Assembly: GCA_043804515.1 (NCBI GenBank)
Contig: JAZDIZ010000192.1
Coordinates: 1-10,736 of the forward strand
Origin: Pseudomonadota bacterium
Lineage (GTDB): Bacteria; Bdellovibrionota_G; JALEGL01; DATDPG01
Length of the DNA stretch: 10,736 bases
Direction: 5' to 3'
The number at the start of each line of letters is the position of its first letter. The stretch's first letter is position 1. Under the pieces are notes generated by a model. That model was not told where the DNA came from, ran no database searches, and saw nothing but the letters and a program-made list of their open reading frames with translations. The translations under genes were made by a program, and so were the position numbers. Positions 1-5,951 of the stretch are shown here, in pieces.

Positions 1-551
1 TGCGCTCGGAAAGGCTCCCGAAGATTTTCCGGGCCAGCTCGACGGCCGCGAAGCTCACCGACACCGCTTGCTGCGCGATTCCCGTTTCCGACCGGACTTT
101 CTTAGCGACCGAAAAAGCCTTCTGAAACAACCGGTCGAGCAGCGTGTCGGCCATCGAGTGCGCGCAGGCGGCGAAATATGCCTCCTTAACCTGCCCCAGG
201 ATCTGCGGCTCCCCCCAGGACCATCGAGTCCAGGCTCGATGCGACACGGAACAAGTGCGTCACCGCCTGCTTGTTGGCCTTCGTGTACAGACACTCCGCA
301 ACCTGTTCCGGCTTCAGGCCGTGAAAGCCGGCCAGAAATTCAGACGTGTCTTTCATGAGGGGATTCAGATCGACGCCCGTCACGTAGATCTCCACGCGGT
401 TGCACGTGGAGAGAACCGTTCCCGATTTCACCGACGGGCTCTGTCCCAGGCGCCGGAGATACTGCTCGGAGGGGTACCGGGAAAAATCGATCCGCTCGCG
501 GATTTCGACGGGGGCTGTCCGGTAATTGAGGCCGACGACTAGGATTTCCAT
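1..551 (-). CDS. hemA: Glutamyl-tRNA reductase, 5' part (runs off the left edge; apparent +1 frameshift at 211-216)
   Basis: ATG at 551 preceded by GGGGA. Translation [19 protein letters not shown]...LSTCNRVE (catalytic Cys motif)...[15 protein letters not shown]. After removing one G from the G6 run it continues [12 protein letters not shown]...[43 protein letters not shown], which is classic HemA sequence. Confidence 0.95.
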
Positions 552-1396
552 GCCGCGATCCCCATGATTCCCGCCAATGGGCGACGGGCCGGTGTCGGAA
601 AAAACGCCGTGACGCCCAGGAACGTCACGAGGAGAAGCCCGAACGCCACCACGATCAGGGCGAAAAACTGGCCCCCGCGCCACCCGGCGAAACGCCGCAC
701 GGAGAGGAGCAACACGTACCAGATCCAAGTGGCGATCGAGAAAAGAAACTTCGGGTTCGTGACCCAATCCTTCCGCCATTCCGCGTGGGCGAGGTAGATT
801 CCCGACACGATCCCCAGCGTAAGCAGGACCACTCCCAGGACCAGCGCCCGGACCGTCAGGTGATCCAGCGTGTCGAGCGGGGGAAGCACCAAAAAGATCT
901 TTCCGAACCGCTTCGTCTTCAGCTCGCGGTGCACCAACAGATAAAAGAGCGCTGCCACGAATGCCAAGCCGAAAATCCCGAGGCTCATGAACACCATCGC
1001 GATGTGAAGCGCGTACAAGAATCCGGGAAGGTTCGCCTCCACCGGCTCGCGCCCGCCGGGGAGAAAAAAAGCAACCGCGGCAAGAGCGAAACCCGCGGGA
1101 GCGAAAAAGCCGGTCACGGCCGGGAACCGGAACTTAAGGCGCATCAAAACCACGATTCCCATGCATACCCAGCCGAGGAGGCCGTAAATGTCGGACGGGC
1201 TGGTCACGGGGAGGCGCGACGACATGATCGCGCGAGCAAACGACTCGATCAGCGTGAACGTATCCAAGCCGAAGCCGGCCAGCAGAAAGCCCGTCGCATA
1301 CCTGGCGATCTTCCCGCTCACGTGGAGGATTTCAAAAAGAAGGAGAGCCGACCCGGCCCCGTAGAGGAGAATCGAGATCAGAGAAAGAAGCAGCAC
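539..1396 (-). CDS. Cytochrome c assembly family (CcsA/HemX-like) integral membrane protein
   Basis: 285 aa with about 8 hydrophobic segments. Family motifs LHI, LPPLDTLD and LLTLGIVSG, plus a degenerate WWD-region (AEWRKDWVTNPK). Overlaps the hemA start by 13 nt; ccsA-like/hemA adjacency is typical. Confidence 0.85.
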   Translation of the reverse strand: MLLLSLISILLYGAGSALLLFEILHVSGKIARYATGFLLAGFGLDTFTLIESFARAIMSSRLPVTSPSDIYGLLGWVCMGIVVLMRLKFRFPAVTGFFAPAGFALAAVAFFLPGGREPVEANLPGFLYALHIAMVFMSLGIFGLAFVAALFYLLVHRELKTKRFGKIFLVLPPLDTLDHLTVRALVLGVVLLTLGIVSGIYLAHAEWRKDWVTNPKFLFSIATWIWYVLLLSVRRFAGWRGGQFFALIVVAFGLLLVTFLGVTAFFPTPARRPLAGIMGIAAWKS

Positions 1397-1404
1397 CCGC
1401 CCCC

Positions 1405-2931
1405 CTACGCTTTCTTGCGGAAGAAGCCTTTGAGGCCGCCGGGTTTGGGCTCGAGCTTCTCGGCTTTCCGGTTCAGATACCGAAGCTCGGAGTTCGCTTC
1501 ATTGTGGCGAGGCGCCTGCGCTACCGTCTTTTCGAAATACTGCTTGGCCTGGCCGAAGTTTCCCTGGGTCTTCTCGATGATGCCCAGGAAGTAGTAAGCG
1601 TCCGGCATCTTCTCGCGCTCTTTCACCGCCGCAAGAATAAACGCTTTTCCCTTGTTCGCGCCGACGGGGTTCGATCGCTTCTGCGCCTCGCGGAAAGCCG
1701 CCCACCCCAAGTACGCGAAATACTCGGGCTCCCGGTCATACAACTTCACCGCCCGATGCAGGTGTTCGAGGGCTCCCTGAAAATCCCCTTTCCGGATCAG
1801 GACCTGCCCCTTCTGGAATTCCAGTTCCGACTGCACGATCGCGTTGACCTTGTCCTGGTCCATTCCGGAGGCCTTAAGGCTCAATTTCGATTTGTATTCG
1901 TTGCGCGTTTCGGCGTTGTTGAGCGTGGCGAAGGCTTCCGTGACGCGGGCGAAATACGATTCGACGGCCTTCCGCATTTCGGGGCCGACCCCCGCCGGAA
2001 TCCGGTCCGGGTGGTATTTCTTGGCCAGCGCGAAATACACGGCCTTGATGTTCTCATCGCCGGCTTCCGGAGGGACACCCAGAATTCCGAAATAATCCTG
2101 GCCCTCGCACGCCCCGAGCCGATTGGCGACATCGCCGACAAACTCGCTCGTCGCGTTCGGCGAAACATCCCCTTTCGGCGCGCCGCGCACCCGGGGAAGG
2201 AATTGTGCTTCGGACCCGGGATCGGAGTCTCCGAGGCGGAGAACTCGAAGATCTCCAAGGGACAAAAGCATCGCCCGCGCCAAAGTCTCGTCCAGGCGCG
2301 ATACCGAAACCAGTGTCTTGACATCCGTAACGCCGTTGATGCCGCGGTAGAGCCCAATCTCGCGCCCCGTCAGCCTAAGATCCGAGATGTCGAACCCTTG
2401 TCGCCCGGTTAAGACGGGTTTTACATCCGGATTCAGGGACTGCGATTCACCCGAACTTCGGTGCTTCTCGATCAGGCCGCGAAAGCAGAGTTCCAGCAAT
2501 CCCTCGGGAATGTTGATCCTGGCGACGTCCTGAGGGACCTGACTGACGAACCCGAACTTTCCGTCGGGCCAGAGGAACACTTCGTACACGCGCAGCAGAA
2601 ATTGCCTATGGAGGGCTTCATTCAGGACGTTGGCGTCAAGCACTCCGAAGGAAACCAATGCTTCGCCATGCCTCCGCGGGTTCGCTCCCCCCGTTTTCTC
2701 CAGAGACTTCGCCAGCTGCTCCGGCGTGATCATCTTCTCGGCCAGAAGAATGGACCCCAGCATTTCCTCTCTCACGTTGGACCGCGCCGAAATGGGTTTT
2801 GCGTTTTCAAAAACGATCGATTTTTTTACATCGTCGCGGGCCAGCGCCAGCGTACCGGTGAATCGTTCCTCCCACACCCACCGGAGGAGCTCGGATAGAG
2901 GCGTCTGCGCCAAGGTCCCGGACGTCTTCAT
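1405..2931 (-). CDS. DUF4388-like N-terminal domain + J-domain + TPR protein (class C DnaJ-type co-chaperone)
   Basis: 508 aa. N-terminus SGTLAQTPLSELL...FTGTLAL...KSIVFENAKPISARS...VFLWPDGKFGF resembles DUF4388. J-domain DYFGILGV...IKAVYFALAKKYHPDR...TEAFATL has an intact HPD (2005-2013). C-terminal TPR-like helices: FQKGQVLIRKGDFQGALEHLHRAVKL and AYYFLGIIEKTQGNFGQAKQYFEKTV. Confidence 0.88.
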   Translation of the reverse strand: MKTSGTLAQTPLSELLRWVWEERFTGTLALARDDVKKSIVFENAKPISARSNVREEMLGSILLAEKMITPEQLAKSLEKTGGANPRRHGEALVSFGVLDANVLNEALHRQFLLRVYEVFLWPDGKFGFVSQVPQDVARINIPEGLLELCFRGLIEKHRSSGESQSLNPDVKPVLTGRQGFDISDLRLTGREIGLYRGINGVTDVKTLVSVSRLDETLARAMLLSLGDLRVLRLGDSDPGSEAQFLPRVRGAPKGDVSPNATSEFVGDVANRLGACEGQDYFGILGVPPEAGDENIKAVYFALAKKYHPDRIPAGVGPEMRKAVESYFARVTEAFATLNNAETRNEYKSKLSLKASGMDQDKVNAIVQSELEFQKGQVLIRKGDFQGALEHLHRAVKLYDREPEYFAYLGWAAFREAQKRSNPVGANKGKAFILAAVKEREKMPDAYYFLGIIEKTQGNFGQAKQYFEKTVAQAPRHNEANSELRYLNRKAEKLEPKPGGLKGFFRKKA

Positions 2932-2940
2932 GAGACGAGC

Positions 2941-3003
2941 AGACTACCACAGCGGAACTTCGCAGCAAGGGCGGTTGACTTGGGGAAGACTTTCCTCTAC
3001 CTT
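2941..3003. promoter_or_regulatory. Back-to-back sigma70-like promoters for the J-domain gene (-) and trxA (+)
   Basis: Minus strand: TTGCTG (2968-2963), 16 nt, TAGTCT (2946-2941) with an extended -10 TG. Plus strand: TTGACT (2975-2980), 17 nt, TACCTT (2998-3003). Consensus match only. Confidence 0.5.
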
Positions 3004-3040
3004 GCCGCGTCTTTACAGGAAGATTTTCAGGAGTAAGCGC

Positions 3041-3373
3041 ATGGCAGAGAATGGCCCGGTACAACCCGTTTCCGACAAAGCGTTCCAAAACGACGTTCTC
3101 AATGCTTCGCGCCCCACGTTGGTGGACTTTTGGGCCGCTTGGTGCGCCCCTTGCCGGGCCGTCGCCCCCGTCGTCGAGGAACTCGCGCACCAATACGGAA
3201 ACCGGATCAGTTTCAAGAAGATCAATATAGACGAGAATCCCTCGACGCCGGCGCAGTATGGCGTCAAAGGGATCCCGACGTTGATCCTCTTTAAGAACGG
3301 TCAGATCCTGGACCAGATCGTGGGTGCGGTCGCCAAGGAAAAGATCGAAGCGCTGCTCAAGAAGGCAATTTAA
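3041..3373 (+). CDS. trxA: Thioredoxin
   Basis: ATG 3041 with SD AGGAG at 3029-3033. 110 aa with LVDFWAAWCAPC active site and YGVKGIPTLILFKNG cis-Pro loop. The longer ORF from 2630 is an in-frame upstream extension antisense to the J-domain gene. Confidence 0.96.
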   Translation: MAENGPVQPVSDKAFQNDVLNASRPTLVDFWAAWCAPCRAVAPVVEELAHQYGNRISFKKINIDENPSTPAQYGVKGIPTLILFKNGQILDQIVGAVAKEKIEALLKKAI

Positions 3374-3465
3374 GAAACTCCGTCTCCAGTCAACAGGCAA
3401 TCGGTCGTCCGTCTCGGTTCCGGTGATCACATAGCGTAAGAAGCCCGGCCTAAGCGACGACGTGG

Positions 3466-3505
3466 TTGACAGTAAATCATATTTGTGTTACTTGTAATAC
3501 AAGTA
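3466..3505 (+). promoter_or_regulatory. TA promoter with overlapping palindromic operator
   Basis: Perfect TTGACA (3466-3471), 17 nt, TG-n-TACTTG (3489-3494). Perfect inverted repeat TACTTGTA-A-TACAAGTA (3489-3505) covers the -10 and ends on the A of the antitoxin ATG. Confidence 0.75.
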
Positions 3506-3732
3506 TGTCCACAGCATCTTTATCCCTGCGGCTTCCGAAGGACTTGGTGAAGCAGCTTGAGGCGCTCGCCAGCGTACTGGAGCGCTCGAAGACATTTATC
3601 CTCCGCAAAGCACTTGAAACCTACCTCGCGGAGCAGAAGGACTACCAGATCGCACTGGACCGCCTGCTCGATAAAGACGATGCGGTCATTTCTTCCCAGG
3701 AGTTGAGAAGACGACTTGGCCGTTCTCGTTGA
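3505..3732 (+). CDS. Type II antitoxin, ribbon-helix-helix (RelB/CopG-like)
   Basis: 75 aa. MSTASLSLRLPKDLVKQLEALASVLERSKTFILRKALETYL has the RHH pattern and the C-terminus AVISSQELRRRLG is typical. Overlaps the downstream RelE-like gene by 17 nt. Confidence 0.9.
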   Translation: MSTASLSLRLPKDLVKQLEALASVLERSKTFILRKALETYLAEQKDYQIALDRLLDKDDAVISSQELRRRLGRSR

Positions 3733-3949
3733 ATATAAGGCTTCGGTCGAACGGGATCTCAAAAACCTCGCTGTTTCCCAACGATTGAGAATCATTTCCA
3801 AATTGGAACGCCTTTTGGAGGAAGGCGAGCGAGGTTCTGTGGCATTGGAAGGGGCATTCAAGGGATTATTCCGGCTTCGCGTGGGAGATTACCGGGCGAT
3901 CTACGCGCGAACCACACGGGGGTTCCTGGTTTTGCGAATCGCACATTGA
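3716..3949 (+). CDS. Type II toxin, RelE/ParE superfamily (RelE/StbE-like), C-terminally truncated by an apparent premature TGA; ancestral end 3967
   Basis: TTG start inside the antitoxin gene, with AGGAG at 3698-3702. Motifs VEYKASVERDLKNL, LEGAFKGLFRLRVGDYRAIY and LVLRIAH, then TGA, then in-frame KESYR-stop. Confidence 0.88.
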   Translation: MAVLVEYKASVERDLKNLAVSQRLRIISKLERLLEEGERGSVALEGAFKGLFRLRVGDYRAIYARTTRGFLVLRIAH

Positions 3950-3980
3950 AAAGAGTCGTACCGCTGAAAAGATTCAAACT

Positions 3981-4009
3981 TTGACACGTCGCGCTGGCGT
4001 TGCTACGAG
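3981..4009 (+). promoter_or_regulatory. Putative sigma70-like promoter of the orphan gene
   Basis: TTGACA (3981-3986), 17 nt, TG-c-TACGAG (4004-4009). Upstream AT-rich tract at 3967-3980. Confidence 0.4.
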
Positions 4010-4039
4010 CGCCCTGAACCATTGGTGGGGGTGTTTGTA

Positions 4040-4723
4040 ATGAACTGTCCATTAGGAATCTCCTTTCTTGCCGCTTTTGCCTGTCTGACACCATTTCCTG
4101 CGAAGGCGAATGACGTGACCGTGAAGTCCGTTTGCCAAACGAACATGTCTTCCTGGGTAGGTGGGCATCCGGTCTACCAGCGACAACCGGGCTGTGCATA
4201 TTGCGAATGGACCCTTCAACCCGACAAGAGTTTTTTCATCAGCTTTGAACCTTCCGACATCATGACGGGGTTCAGGCCCACATATGTTCTAAGCCTGAAC
4301 GAGACCGGCAAGGCTTTTCCGCCCCCCGCAGACGCGTATTCCATCACCTTGGCGTTGGCCCCCGCGGATCCCAGACAGAATAACGACCTCGGAAGGAACC
4401 AAAGGGTTGTGTTCGACGGGCCGATCGTCAAATCGTTGGGTTTCTACGTCACTCAGGACGATGCGCGCATCAGGTACCGTGAAGTGAATAGAGAGTCAGC
4501 CGAACCGCGCTGGGCAGATAAGGACTTACCCAAGACCATCGGTTTCACACATTCGGCTCGATTGGAACAACGCAAGGGCAATCATTGGGTCACGACGCAG
4601 AGGGCGGACATCGAGATCGCCTGTACCTTGAATGTCGAGGTTAACAGGCAATCCGGTTCCTCCGAGCCCGCCAAGAAACAGCCCCACTGGAATCCTCTCG
4701 GCTGGTTTCAGCAAACGCGTTAG
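4040..4723 (+). CDS. Hypothetical secreted protein with a CxxC motif
   Basis: 227 aa from ATG 4040 with SD-like GGGGGTG upstream; alternative TTG start at 4022. Hydrophobic N-terminus ending A-K-A suggests a signal peptidase I site. Fills the gap between the toxin and rodA. No family recognised. Confidence 0.65.
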   Translation: MNCPLGISFLAAFACLTPFPAKANDVTVKSVCQTNMSSWVGGHPVYQRQPGCAYCEWTLQPDKSFFISFEPSDIMTGFRPTYVLSLNETGKAFPPPADAYSITLALAPADPRQNNDLGRNQRVVFDGPIVKSLGFYVTQDDARIRYREVNRESAEPRWADKDLPKTIGFTHSARLEQRKGNHWVTTQRADIEIACTLNVEVNRQSGSSEPAKKQPHWNPLGWFQQTR

Positions 4724-4801
4724 CTTGAAACCGAGTCCGATGCCGGCTTGCCGGCTGCGGGGACCGATCCCTGCTTGCCCGCTGCCTGAGATTTTTTCCT
4801 G

Positions 4802-4842
4802 ATCCGGTACCGGCATACGGACTCCGGATACCGGAATCCGGG
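4802..4842. repeat. Degenerate heptamer tandem repeat (CCGG core) able to form a hairpin between convergent genes
   Basis: CGG occurs at 4805, 4811, 4818, 4825, 4832 and 4839 (spacing 6,7,7,7,7). TCCGGTA (4803-4809) is the reverse complement of TACCGGA (4829-4835). Confidence 0.55.
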
Positions 4843-4847
4843 TCGTT

Positions 4848-5951
4848 TCAGAACAGATACCGCCGCATGCTGATATTCAGCAGCATGCCGATCGCGGCGA
4901 GCGTGGCAAGAAGGGATGTGCCCCCGTAGCTGAACAACGGCAGGGGGACGCCGACCACCGGCAGAAGCCCGGATTCCATCGCCAGATTAATCCAAGCCTG
5001 CGCGCCCACAAGTACCGCAAGCCCGAACGCCAACAACATCCCGAATTGCTCTTTGGAGGTCAGCGCCACATTCACGCCCAGAAGCGTGAAGGAAGCGTAG
5101 AGGAACAGGATCAGAGCGGTGCCCAAAAAACCGAACTCCTCCGCGAAATTGGAAAAAATGAAATCGGTGTGCTGTTTGGGGAGAAACTGAAGTTTGGTTT
5201 GCGTTCCCTTGAGGTATCCGCGTCCCAAAAGCTCACCCGAGCCGATCGCAATGCGTGATTGGATGGTCTGGTATCCCTTCCCCCGGGCGTCCTTCTCCGG
5301 GCTCAGGAATGTGGTGATCCGGTCCTTCTGGTAGTCGTGCAGGCCGTAAGTCCACGCCACCGGCCCGGCTACCGCCAGGAGAGCCGCCAGGGAGAGAATG
5401 AGTTTCTTTTGAACGCCCGCGAACAGAATCATCGCCCCGGAGACGCATGTCACGATCAAGGCCGTGCCCAAATCCGGCTGTTTGAGAATCAGCACCACGG
5501 GGATGCCGGCCAGGAGAGCCGGCCCGATGAAGTGTCGGAACCCCAACGGCCCGGTGTCATGCCTGCGGTGGAAAAAACGGGCGAAGGCCAAGACCACGGC
5601 GGGCTTTATCAGCTCGGACGGCTGGATGGAAAGCGGGCCGATCTGAAGCCACCGCTGGGCCCCCAGAGCCACCTTCCCTTTGAACAAGACGAATGCCAGG
5701 AGAATGAGCGCCAACACATAGATCGGATACGCCATGCGCTCGACGAGCCGGTAATCGAAGAAGAGAAGCGCGAGGAGAACCCCCATTCCGATCAGCACCC
5801 AGATGGCTTGGAGAGGAAAGAAACGCGCCAAAGGCAGTTGGTACGTGGCGCTGTAGAGGTTCATGAGGCCCAGCGCCAGGATGATGCACACGCATCCAAA
5901 CAGGGGCCAGTCGAAATGGTCGAAGATCCGCTCGTCGAAAACGCGCCTCAC
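4848..5951 (-). CDS. rodA: Rod shape-determining protein RodA (SEDS peptidoglycan glycosyltransferase)
   Basis: GTG at 5951 overlapping the mrdA stop (GTGA), preceded by GGGAGG. 367 aa with GAQRWL, IQPSELIK, KQPDLGTA, GYQTIQS, FLPKQHTDFIF and GVPLPLFSYGGTS motifs. Confidence 0.96.
   Translation of the reverse strand: MRRVFDERIFDHFDWPLFGCVCIILALGLMNLYSATYQLPLARFFPLQAIWVLIGMGVLLALLFFDYRLVERMAYPIYVLALILLAFVLFKGKVALGAQRWLQIGPLSIQPSELIKPAVVLAFARFFHRRHDTGPLGFRHFIGPALLAGIPVVLILKQPDLGTALIVTCVSGAMILFAGVQKKLILSLAALLAVAGPVAWTYGLHDYQKDRITTFLSPEKDARGKGYQTIQSRIAIGSGELLGRGYLKGTQTKLQFLPKQHTDFIFSNFAEEFGFLGTALILFLYASFTLLGVNVALTSKEQFGMLLAFGLAVLVGAQAWINLAMESGLLPVVGVPLPLFSYGGTSLLATLAAIGMLLNISMRRYLF

Noticed and set aside
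552..779. In-frame upstream extension of hemA, or a possible CcsA-HemA fusion via the A6 run at 599-604
   Set aside because: The extension overlaps the ccsA-like gene in another frame and has no HemA similarity. ATG 551 gives the canonical N-terminus with an SD-like GGGGA, and nothing supports a fusion.
3140..3154. Thioredoxin active site WCAPC instead of WCGPC
   Set aside because: This is a common natural variant in bacterial TrxA and is not unusual.
3392..3465. Possible c-di-GMP-I riboswitch (AAGCC...GGCCTAA-like string)
   Set aside because: It lacks the GGCAAA/GAAA-tetraloop/GCAAA P2 architecture and lies upstream of the TA promoter. Only an Rfam cmscan hit would revive it.
3947..3949. 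In-frame TGA as evidence of an alternative genetic code or selenocysteine
   Set aside because: TGA is the normal terminator of mreC, mrdA, rodA and the antitoxin, and no other gene has an internal TGA. The position corresponds to Arg, not Cys, Trp or Gly.
4190..4210. CAYC in the orphan protein as a c-type heme site serving the nearby CcsA-like protein
   Set aside because: The motif is CxxCE, with no axial His, so it is not a cytochrome c signature.
4741..4847. CRISPR array or IS end in the repeat-rich spacer
   Set aside because: Repeats are at most 13 bp, with no regular unique spacers and no cas or transposase gene nearby.
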